Shown here piece after piece: positions 34,391 to 45,104 of a stretch of DNA of 64,000 nt; the first letter of the stretch is position 1; the number at the start of each line of letters is the position of its first letter. The notes beneath the pieces are model-generated. The model did no database searches, was not told where the DNA came from, and saw only the letters and a list, made by a program, of their open reading frames with translations. This DNA is from Babesia bigemina (taxonomy: Eukaryota). The stretch covers positions 1,550,001 through 1,614,000 of the forward strand of contig NC_027216.1 in the NCBI RefSeq assembly GCF_000981445.1. Reading direction: 5' to 3'. Made by a program: the position numbers and the translations under genes.

Positions 34391-36368
34391 TTAGACATCG
34401 GGGAAGAGGACGACGCATGGAAGCAGCAGCAGCTGCGCTGCGCCGTAGAAGAGCACTGCGCAACGTTACGCGCAATTAACACCACTAACCTGTCGCCAAG
34501 AAGCAGTACTCCAGCCCCGCATACTTGGACAGGTGGCCGCCGAATATCGTGGATACGAAGATGAGCACCCTCGACACATGTTCGGAGGCAAGCCAGTAGC
34601 TGTTGGCGCTGTCGCTGCTGTGCTTGAGCATCACCGTTGTCTTCAGAGCTGCGGGGGTGTTCTGGAAGGTGGCCCTCAGCACGTAAATGACCAGCACCAA
34701 CTTGGGGTCTTCGACCTTGGTGAAAGCGTACAACAGCCTGATACATTTGACGCACAATGTGGTTCACTTACATCAGCCCAATAGTCTGTGAGACAAATAT
34801 GGTCACGAGCTTTCCGTAACGCCTGGCTTGGTTGTCGATCACTGCGCATGCTGTAATCTCGCGAGACCTGGCTCCGCTTACCAAACAATGCGGCCGTAGA
34901 TGCGATAGGGATACATATGTTGGCCAGCCACATGAGGCGGTATTCCATGTTGAACTTGAGGATCATGTAGAGGAACATGAACCTGATGGAGAGCCCCGCC
35001 CCAATTAGCGATAGCACGTTCATGGCGAATATGACGTAGGGAAGAACGCTGTGCCGCTTGTTTACGGGCTCCACTGCCGCATCTAGGCTCTCAGGGTTAG
35101 TGAGTGATTGCCCCAAAGCCATTTTCTCTTCGATCGGTGGCAATATGGGTGAACTGGCGTCGTCCAGTGCACTCTTCCATCGATTCTCGAGCGGACTGAC
35201 CAGCTCGAATGTATACACCACGCGCACGACACATAGAGCCAGGACTACCATGTATGCGATCTCCGCGTTCTTCAGGCGAAAAGGTGCGTTCAAGCGGGCA
35301 AAGCTGGTGGAGTCGAGGGTCGAAACCATGATGAGTGCAGCTGGACCTGTGATGTTACCCAATTTAGCAACAGCCGATGACAGCGTCATATAACACCCCG
35401 TTTCGCGTTTACCCACTGACGTGACCAGCGTGTTGAAGACTGCGATCTGGTGGAACGAGTATATCACGTAGTACAGGCCGTGCCAGAAAATATGGGAGAG
35501 CATGCTGTCCATCCGCAAAACCCTTAGGAAATACACCATGTGCGCCGTCAACAGCACTGAAGCAAACTTGGGAATGTTGTGGAAGTGCCTATCCAGTTGC
35601 AAGTAGGACACCACCCAAGCCATCACTCCACCGACCGCCGCACCGAGGTGATGTACTGCCGTAATCCAACTAAGCTGCGACGAAAATGGCGATACTTTTT
35701 GTGGCATTACTTACGAATACGCGGTCGTTGAACATCACAATGTGGCACATATCGACCACAGTCGGGAACAACATCGACTGGACGATGTCGGTGAGGAAGA
35801 CGATATTAAGCCTGCAACAAGTTGATGAACCCATTAGTGTCATGTGATTGATACAGGCATCAACGGAATACTCGCGTACGATATTATTAGAAATTGCATC
35901 GCAGCACGCACGACCACTCGAACACAACGCAATCAACAACATACGCAAAACACGATAATACAGCATTTTCAATCTCTTCATTACATAATGCTTTGAAATG
36001 AACGTTACATCGATGTTTCAAAAGATGCTGTTGTGCAGCATAACACAAAACATCTTCACTACACAAACCATGAGGAAAACAAGTAGACAAATCTTAACGA
36101 TTAATACCACCTAACGAAATGAATACGCCTCTTACAGCGGTGCTGCAGCGACGGCCTGGGCGAAGACTCAGAGTGGCCGTGCTAACGCAGCGCGCGTGAA
36201 GTTGGCAACTTACACTGGCATTGCGTTGGGGTGCCCCTTTCTGCTGCCCTCGGGGATGGCATTGAGCCACCAATAAAACCTGAGCAGCGCGCGCAGAAAC
36301 ACGCCGGGGAATGCCAGCGATATCAGCACGAGCCATATCAACACCTCCACAACTGTGAAAGGCTCCAT
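34391..36368 (-). CDS. Major facilitator superfamily-type multi-TM transporter, about 6 exons
   Basis: Exons join in phase: proposed exon 1 36368-36214, 402-nt intron, exon 2 from 35811 (LNIVFLTDIVQSMLFP), ...VIDNQARRYGK..., stop at 34391; two TM bundles separated by a loop. Exon 1 is the least certain part. Confidence 0.7.
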
Positions 36369-36982
36369 CCTCACTCGGAATTCGCGGAAGGCAACGGCAC
36401 GTCACGCCGCGTTGCTGCGCATCTCACGGCTGCGGGATTCCAGACTCCCAGTTCCCAGAATATAACTCAGCGATATCACCTGGCTACTGCGTCGCAATAT
36501 GCGCCCATACTGCAGTTCGGAATGGCCGCCAGGAGCTTATGCAAGACCCCATGTGTGCCGTCGAGATTCCGTCTCAATATCGCAGCAGCAACCCTCCTCA
36601 GACACGTGACTTAACTGCCCGCAATATCGACCTAATTATGCATTGAATAATTGGCGAAAGACTGCTAAATGTGCGCTATTTAATGCATTGCCGTCGTATG
36701 CCCGCAGGCTTGAAGGGTGTGTCGGCGGCCTAAGGGGAGCGATCCGCCGCAAGCTAGCAATCCACATTCATATGGGTCAGCACTAGCAATATCATAATGA
36801 GACACGTATAATCTGAGTGTCTGCATACCGTCAGCACCTGGTGGAATCCCGTGGAATCTCGCAGCTAAGCCGCCTCCCTACCGGACGAAGGTGAACTGCT
36901 TAGCTCACGGCGTACATCGCACATCGGCATACCGGGATTCCCAATAAATGATGCAGGCTGCGTAAATCCTTAAATGTATCTG

Positions 36983-37030
36983 CTTAATACTACAGCCGAA
37001 ACTTAATACTACAGCCAAAACTTGTACTAC
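36983..37030. repeat. 19-bp tandem repeat CTTAATACTACAGCCRAAA x2.5 (also at 59007-59054)
   Basis: Read directly; lies between the divergent MFS and G-patch starts. Confidence 0.8.
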
Positions 37031-37160
37031 CAAATATTGTTCTACCGTTGTGAAATCGCCTAGCTTTATCTAGGAGCTAGCCCGTATTCACGTGGTGGCA
37101 AACAAGGGACGGGACCATACTATAGTTGTAGCACAGGTGTGCTCCATCAAGTAATCTGCA

Positions 37161-38197
37161 ATGTCTAAGGCGTTTCGTGAATCTGTGCGTAACAGCATTT
37201 CAAGTAGGTTGCGTAGTGTTTGGTTGTTAATATGCGTCAGGCGTCGGAAGTGCCGTGAAGTCTAAGTTCGGCGCTGCTATTTTGTCGAAATATGGGTGGA
37301 AGGAGTAGGTGTTGTTGTAGTCAGGCTGACGGTGCGCAGGGGTGAGGGTCTCGGTAAGAACCGCGATGGCATTGTGGATCCTGTGAAGTTGCGAGCCGCT
37401 AAACACAACGAAGGCGTAGGTCGCAGCTATGTGATGTCGAGCATGTGCAGTTGGGTAGGAAGGATTCCGACCAGTGGCACAACTGGTGGGACGAGCTGTA
37501 CAACGAAATGGCCAGCAAGTCAACCAAGGTCACCTCTGTAACGTCCACAGTAACGGATAAGGGAAGCAACACTGAAAATGGTGAAAGTGATTATTCGCAT
37601 AGTGGCGACGACGAGTCGGCGGTAGACGCCAGCAGCTCGGAGCTTTCCTCGGATGGCGAAACGAGCTCCGACATCAGCTCTGAATCGAGCTCATCCGACG
37701 AGTCCAATCGCAGCGACGGAGCGCAACTACAGCATCATTCGTATAATAGCGATATATACCGCAAGCACAAGATGATTAGAGTACGGCAGGATGTTGAGAC
37801 TGTGGGTGGAGGTGATGGCGGCGACGCTGTTGCAAATCGCCGTAGCGACTCAGATCAGGAATACGCTGTGGAAGCTAATGAGGGAGGACATAGCAGCGAC
37901 TCGTCTACAAGCGACTCTGGCGTATGTTCACGGACTAGAAGCTCTGGCCGCCGCATTACCCCTGTCGACGTTTTGTCGGGAAGCGATTCGGAAGCACCAT
38001 CAGCTCCGAAGATTTCAAGCATCGGCAATGGAAATGCAGAAAATGTCAAACGCCAGCCGCGACACAAGCGCCTCATTGCCTCACACGACAACAATGCAGC
38101 AGACTCAACAGCAGTGGCCGAGAAACCGAGCAGGCATGGACGCGAAACTGACGAGCGCAAGAAGTCACATCGGCGTAAGCGCCAGAAACAGAGCTAA
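37161..38197 (+). CDS. G-patch domain protein (GPATCH4/Tma23/PinX1-like), 4 exons, copy 1
   Basis: Introns 37204-37240, 37305-37339 and 37416-37450 give SKFGAAILSKYGWKEGEGLGKNRDGIVDPV...GLG...HNWWDELYN, then Ser/acidic region and basic tail. Confidence 0.85.
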
Positions 38198-38652
38198 AAC
38201 AACGCCTAAACGTCAATATAATGATTACTGATTGTACACCTGTTTCGGTGTTTATACGTGTAATACTGTACAGAGGTTCTGTGCGAGAAGCACGTGATAT
38301 GCTCATGCACCTGCGACGTGAATTACGGTGCTGCATCTAAAATCTTCCTGTGTAACAAATCTCCCAAATCCACCCTTTGGTGACGATCCAGGTCGCGATT
38401 CGTGCAAATATTGGTGCGACTCGACAAAATGAACGAAACTGGGAGTTCAAACACCCAGGTTTATCAAAAGCATCCAATGCGATATTGTCATCCTTCGCAT
38501 GATATTTTCTCATGCCGTTTGCCAGTGTATAACACGGACCCTTTGTTACCAATGCTACATTGTATTAACGGGTACTTCGTCCGAATTGTTACACTACAGT
38601 CTTCGGGAAAACGCAGTCACTTACATCACTTGATTTTACTCGAAACTTGAAC

Positions 38653-38874
38653 TTAACGGAGATTTGACTTTGCGATGAACTGTGTTATGCTGAAGTCGTG
38701 AATGGACATTCCCCTTTCAACATGGGAATCTAAAAAGAAACTAAAGATATCACGTACATTTTGTAGCGGCCATATCCTATATACGATCATAACGCTGACG
38801 CAGAAGATAAGTAGAAATACGATCCAAAAGGAAGATATGACAAGCATAAATATCATCCCACCGCCTGCATCCAT
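38653..38874 (-). CDS. 73-aa single-TM microprotein, copy 1
   Basis: Start, stop and length conserved with diverged paralog 60679-60900; GAAAATG start context; hydrophobic N-half. Confidence 0.65.
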   Translation of the reverse strand: MDAGGGMIFMLVISSFWIVFLLIFCVSVMIVYRIWPLQNVRDIFSFFLDSHVERGMSIHDFSITQFIAKSNLR

Positions 38875-40709
38875 TTTCCTCCCATCTTCCGATCACTCGA
38901 GTTAATCTCGTGTAAAAAACGACGGCCATGGCGCAAGGAAGGTTGAGCGTGGAGCTGATCATTGCGATATCCTGGGCGGTGAGCGACACCGCTCTATTAC
39001 TTCATTTTAATTGAATTCGGTATGTAAATCCATGTGGCGCAAAATTTGTCGACCACTGAGATGATCGTCGTTGCGGGATACCCCGCCAACAGCATCACTG
39101 CGCCAGCACAACTTCCGGCAGGCGTAGATAGAAACTCGGGTATTCTACATAATATAAATATGAAATATGTTGTGGCACAGCACGTAATCCCATGTTCCTC
39201 CAGCGGTGGCGAGAAGCTTCGGTGACTGCCCTGCGCAGGAAGCATTAAGAAAGCCACCATGTGACTTGGCTACGCGATAAATAACAAGCACATATGTGTT
39301 GCAGTAGTATTTGTGCTGTGACTAGCATCAGAATATTGCAACATGTGCGTTATCGCTCGAGCAATCTCGGCATACATCGGCGTATCGTCGAGCACTGGCC
39401 TTCATGGTTCTACTGTTACATTTACATGTTATGATGCATTATATCCAATCAGCTAACCAACAATGTGCTCCATCGCGTGAGATTGAACACCTCACCGATG
39501 TGAGCTTCGATAGTAACCAGGCAATGAACAGGACGGGCTCGTTCACCCATCTGTTGTTTCCTGCGTAACCGGTCGGTGCGGAGATATGTTATCAGACGCC
39601 AGTGGAACGTATACGCTGTAAAGCGCCATGATTACATAACAATGCTGCAAATGGCGATTCCAACGTTGAAGCAATGTGGAGAGATGGTGTGGAGGGTATC
39701 AGTCCACAAACATTATTGTAGGCGTTATGTACTATTGGCGTAGCACAAATATGAAAAGCGGTGAAGCGCAAAACTGTGGGATGCCATGGAAGGCGCCAGA
39801 TAACCCTGCTACATTGAAGTTACTTTGTTTCTAATATGTTAACATTCTACGTCCACTTGGGGAAGCTACAACACGCCTTCCTACGGGGCCTCGGAGGGGC
39901 GATGAAAATCTGGGTACTCGGGATGCTTTCAAGCGTAAAATTTATATTATATAAACCGCGATCTACGAGTGGTTTGGGAAACATGATACGTACTTCCATC
40001 TTCACTATACATAATTTAACAGTACATGAACCAAAAAATGTTGATGAGGGATAGAATTGCGAAGATATCTTTGCCATTAAGCTTAGATTATACCGCTGTA
40101 TGGTATATCAAATGTTCTACTGGGTGCTGTGTTACACAAGTATTTTGGGGTCGTTGCAACGCAGCACTCACACGGTCTACTTCTGCACAATGTACCCAAC
40201 ACAGAACACCGTCATGTTTGATTGTTTTTCCTGCGCAACTACACCATGTGCTCTTAGCAAGTTATTGTAATGAACTATTAGTTGCTTAGGTGGGATTTGT
40301 TAGAGGTTGATACGCCTTGCGATCAGTGGCGCCCTGCTTTTAAGTGAGGGGTGACTAGGTTCGCCAAAGTGGCACTCATTCCATATCCACCTATATTTTC
40401 TTAGGTACTTACACAAAGTTTCTTAAACTTCAGCTTTCCACACAATGTCTGTCGGATATATGACGAGAGAGTGACGTAACAGCAAGCGTCCACTTTGCAT
40501 CATGCAAGCAATTCAAACTATTTGAAAATATTTGTTCGCCTCACTTGGCACATTCCAGGTATGGAAGATTGCGTAGATTGGTTTGGAGTTACTTTTATTC
40601 CATAAAATGAAAACATCGTCAGCAGCTGTAGAATGGCTGCTCACTGGGGCAGCCTGATACAAAAAGTGTTCCTTTAAAACTTATGGTACAGTTAACATGC
40701 GATAATCAC

Positions 40710-41465
40710 TCAATAGAAGGCCCAGAAGCCAGAGAAGTCGTATATTATGTCCAAAACTCGTTTATCCACACCTTCTAACGCCTTAAGGACATCTGAACCA
40801 CTTATGCTAGCGCGTAACCCTGGCTCTTTGTAACCTACAGCTTTCATCACATCTCCAAGAGTATGTTTAACATCAAATAACAGTTTATTGGTTGTAGCTT
40901 TACTCGCAATTCGCAAAGAATGCAAGCCGGTGTATAACATGGGCGCAATCCCAACAAAGACCACTGCGCAAGCTTCCGGGTCCTTTGCACATGAGTCATC
41001 CCACGAAGCTTCGGAACTGTAAGCCGACTTATACTCCCCAGGGTTTGTTATACTAGCCAAAAACTTTTCGGTAGCATCTACAACTTTACCGAAATTTTTT
41101 GCGAGAGTTTCACATTTGGCACCCCTTGTCTGTACAACGTTCTCATATTCACTATTGGTGTATGTTTGGCTGCGGCGCGCGAATAGGCCGGTTTTATTCA
41201 TTGGGTTGCTGAACCTGTCCAGCAGGGCTTTGACAAAAGGCTGGTTCTTAAGCTCCGGTTTCTCCAGGAACTTCTTAGAAACAAGTTTAACTTTCTCGAG
41301 TGCTGGCAGGTTCGTATAGCCGACAGGCATGTCTGCAAGGAAATAGTAAAGTGCAACACCTATAGCAGCCAAGTTCTTTTCAGAATCAGTTCCCTTCAAA
41401 GCCACCAACCAGTCAATGGCCTCCTTGAAGTTGCGAGGGACATTGGTCAACGACTTGTACACCAT
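40710..41465 (-). CDS. Short VESA1-related (ves N-terminal domain-like) multigene family protein, 251 aa
   Basis: N-terminus SLTNVPRNFKEAIDWL resembles the VESA1 SLT..P.NLKEAIDW motif; internal YKSAY...W and CAVVFVGIAPMLYTGL motifs are also ves-like. Confidence 0.75.
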   Translation of the reverse strand: MVYKSLTNVPRNFKEAIDWLVALKGTDSEKNLAAIGVALYYFLADMPVGYTNLPALEKVKLVSKKFLEKPELKNQPFVKALLDRFSNPMNKTGLFARRSQTYTNSEYENVVQTRGAKCETLAKNFGKVVDATEKFLASITNPGEYKSAYSSEASWDDSCAKDPEACAVVFVGIAPMLYTGLHSLRIASKATTNKLLFDVKHTLGDVMKAVGYKEPGLRASISGSDVLKALEGVDKRVLDIIYDFSGFWAFY

Positions 41466-42906
41466 TTTGAAGGGTTAGCTAAATTACGCAATTATTGTAA
41501 TAAAATCGTGTGAATTTCGTGTATATCTACTAATTGCGTCGCGAAAATCCCGCGTATATAATAGGAACACTGAATGCAGGTAATGTCTTAATAGCGGGGA
41601 AAGACAAGTGTTGTTGCCTTCTAATACATATGCGCTTTAGCACAGTATGCGAATTCTTCTTAATGCGAACTAGGCAGACCTAGGCAAAGCAATGGTGACC
41701 GAAGTGCCGTATCGCAGCCAGTTCTAGACAATAAGCGTGGCATGCACTATTTAAAGCGAGAGTGATAGACGTGCACAAGTTTTAGCCAAAAAGGGCGTAT
41801 ACAGTAGCTCTGTGTGTTAAATCAATGTGTAACAATGTGTAGATATTTCAACAATGTTGCAATTGGTTGCGAGTGGTGTGTTGCTGCGCTTATGGAGTCG
41901 CGCGTTACCCGCTATTGATCGACCTCGCAATCATTCGGTGACGGAGTCAGACGATTCTTCTACTGTCTAACGTGCGTATCGTAATTGTTTTGTGCTTTAG
42001 GTGATTGCGGCAACTGCGATTCCCAAGGTTTCTTGGCATGTAACAACTTCAGACGATGGCACCGTTGGTCGCCTTCCCTATAAATCAGGCATCATATCAG
42101 CGGTGATCGGCGGTTGCTGCAGAGTCTAGTGCACAATTAGTTTAGGTACTGCTGTGTGTATGCGTACGATCTTGTGTGTGTGCGTCCTTCATATGTGTAT
42201 TATTGGGGGAATAGATTGTTGGTTTGTAAAGTAATCGTACGGCTCTACTAGTAGGTGTTGGTTGTCGAACATTGTAGCTCCTATGCGACGTTCTATAAAG
42301 CCTGAGGGAATCTTGAAATTTGACGCAATCTTCCACGGCGGGATTCCTGAACCGCAGTTGTGCACATTCCCATATATCGTTTGCCCATACCAATGTGAGC
42401 TCATTTGAATTCCAATTGAAGGTCATGCCTCCAGTTCAGGCTGCCACGTTTCTGCCGCACCCATATACCACGCTAATGGTCTAACAACGGTCTGTGTGAA
42501 CCACGGTGTAGGATTAAGATGCAGTAGATTCATATGGATTCGTCAAGAGACACGACATATCACATCACATGGGTACTCAAACAATCGTTCGCATTCCGTA
42601 CATTCATCTGGCGGACGCGTCACCGAATCTTACAAGGCGTTGTCGTGCTGCCGACTTTAGCGATCGCCAGACCAGAGCATAAACAAATCAACTAACGCAT
42701 TCGTGTATTACATTACTTTCGAGTTGCTGCTTAGGTGATATGCGCGTATTATTACTGGATGGAAGCGTGTACAGCAAGGGTGAAGTGCACAAGGAGGGTA
42801 GGAAGCACTGCGTGAACGTCGTCCCCGTCTTTTCTTCATCCAGGCTGTCGCATAGTGAGTGCCCACGCTGCCACCTTCACGTGGCGATTCCCGCGGGTGC
42901 AAAGAG

Positions 42907-44193
42907 CTATTTACAAGCCTCCTTCACTCTCAGAATTATGGTCTTCTTCAGGCGGAAGATCCTCTGTACCATCCTCACTGCCTGCACTAAACGTGTCGTT
43001 TGATCTATGTTCCACGTCTTCACGCGTATTGTTGTTTTTGTCACGTTCTGAATGGTGCTTTTTAGCGGAGGTGCAAAATGAATCATCCGGTCTAGATTCT
43101 CCGCACTATGCTTGACACATTTGGTTATGTCTTCGGCATGTTTGGCAGTGTCAATGATAACCTGTTCCATATTTCTACTACCGCAACTCTCAGAAGTGCT
43201 GCTAGGGTTGCGGTCATAGTCACTACCAAGACGGAAACGTTTCTTTATACGCATACAGACACCACGCCAAGCCTTACGACATTTATCCTTATATCCTGCT
43301 TCTGAATCATCTTTGCCGGCGCCGCTACCCGCTGCCCGTGAATCATCTTTTCCTCCACCTCTACCAGCTTCTTCTGATGCGAGTATATTATTTGTCGCCG
43401 CTTATTTTGACGCGAGTATGCGTCTTCCAACCGCTTCTTTTGACGCGAGTACACCTCTTGTAACCGCTTCTTGTAACGCGAGTATGTCTCTTATAGCCGC
43501 TTCTTGTGACGCTAGTATGTCTCTTGTAGCCGCTTCTTGTGACGCGAGTATGTCTCTTATAGCCGCTTCTTGTGACGCTAGTATGTCTCTTGTAGCCGCT
43601 TCTTGTGACGCGAGTATGTCGCTTATAACCGCTGCCCGTGAAACACGTTTGCCGACGCCTCTAATCGCTGCGTGTGACGCGAGTATGTCGCTTATAACCG
43701 CTGCCCGTGAAACACGTTTGCCGACGCCTCTAATCGCTGCGTGTGACGCGAGTATGTCGCTTATAACCGCTTCTTGTTGCAAGAGTATGCGTCTTCCAAC
43801 CGCTTCTTGTGACGCGAGTATGTCGCTTGTAACCGCTGCTTGTGACGCGCGTATGCCTCTTCTAGCCGCTTCTTCTGACGCGCGTATGCCTCTTCTAGCC
43901 GCTTCTTCTGACGCGCGTATGCCTCTTGTAAACGCGTCTTCTGACCAGAGTGTGTCGCCAACACCATAGTCGTCTGACCAGGGTGTGTCGTCTGCACCAT
44001 CTTCTTCTGGCGCGAGTATGTCGCTTGTAACCGCTGCTTGTGAGACCATTTTGCCGACATTAGCGCCCTTATGTTCTATTTTTGTGCTACCCTCGTACGT
44101 CCCATAGATACCTTCATTTCCTTCCTCACCCTCACTGATAGAAATAGTCGTTGCCCGGTGGGTTGGCTGGTCCCCTCCTGAAGAATCCGCCAT
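42907..44193 (-). pseudogene. Repeat-containing gene interrupted by one in-frame TAA (43402-43404)
   Basis: ORFs 44193-43402 and 43254-42907 are in one frame, the 49 codons between them are open and continue the repeat. Confidence 0.6.
43370..44043. repeat. Coding minisatellite: 33-bp (11-aa) units plus two 69-bp (23-aa) variant units
   Basis: Units QEAATRDILAS, QEAAIRDILAS, EEAARRGIRAS and AAVISDILASHAAIRGVGKRVSR. Confidence 0.9.
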
Positions 44194-45104
44194 CTCGCAC
44201 GCAATCGATTCAAACGTAGTAATGCGAAATAATTGGCCACGGATGTATAGCTAAATGGTTTTGTTCAAACGAAAGACAGACTGTCGTCGACGTGTGCTCT
44301 CGAAACGTGTTCCTGAAGCTCGCCGCCCTCAAAAACACGCCGTATTCACCGCTGACAGATGTATCGTCTAGTTACTGCGCCAGCATGATAAGTATTAAAA
44401 TAGACTCACCTGTATTTGAAGCGAGAGGAATGCCAATGCTTCACGTAAGATTGTATTGTGTGCACGCTCGTTGCAACCTTCTCGGGGTAACGAATAAGTG
44501 GGTAACGATTTTGCGGGAAGCCCCTCAAAACCTCTGCTAGGGGGTGCAGTCTGGGGTTACGACTTCACGGCTTATCACGATGCTGACAATAAATGCCACC
44601 ACACTGAAGATTAACTCATACATAGGCAGAGATTCCCCGAGATTCGCCTATATAGGGTGAAATCCACACGGTCTAGCCACCCACTCCCACCGGTCGCCCA
44701 ACGTGCTCAGGCACCGCCGCAGTGGTTGCTCACCCAAATTGGGGGCGTCAGTGAAGTCCCATTCTAGGTGCCGTATTCTACTCTTTGTTGCGTGTTCATG
44801 GCATTGCCAAGGCGTCAAATTGCGAGCAGCGATGCAAATCTCCAAGTTGCATCTTCCTCATGCCTGCAGTAAACAGTGCCCAACTAAGTGGTTGTGACAA
44901 GTAATTCCGCAGTACGGTCTTCATCGGGTCCAAGGCCGTTCACACTAGTTACAAAAAGCCACGACGACACAAGAATATGTTCTTCGACTGGCAATTACAA
45001 TTGCAACACTCTACCCAAAGCAATGCTCTCACTGAATACACAAACCAGCAGAGGGAACAACATGGACTATGACAATTAAACTCTGTCATTGACAAAAATG
45101 TTTA

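Larger units (their letters stand above)
36103..39920. repeat. Segmental duplication copy 1 (~3.8 kb direct repeat)
   Basis: Matches 58127-61946 from AATACCACCTAACG to ATCTGGGTACTCG (offset 22024-22026). Confidence 0.97.

Noticed and set aside
35670..35981. MKRLKMLYY... ORF as the MFS first exon
   Set aside because: Its evident donor is out of phase with the 35811 acceptor, whereas 36368-36214 fits; an unspliced start cannot be fully excluded
38997..39260. 87-aa ORF identical in both duplication copies
   Set aside because: Identity only reflects DNA identity; no motif or codon evidence
36103..39920. Duplication as a transposable element
   Set aside because: No TIR, LTR, TSD, transposase or RT; it contains host genes
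42142..42426. Two overlapping short minus-strand ORFs
   Set aside because: No recognisable motif, signal or TM; may be decayed sequence
43313..43969. 218-aa plus-strand repetitive ORF (AASCDASMSL repeats)
   Set aside because: Antisense shadow of the 33-bp repeat gene; no ATG start and confined to the repeat
43370..44043. 33-bp repeats as a CRISPR-like array
   Set aside because: Contiguous degenerate coding units, no unique spacers, no cas genes, eukaryotic context
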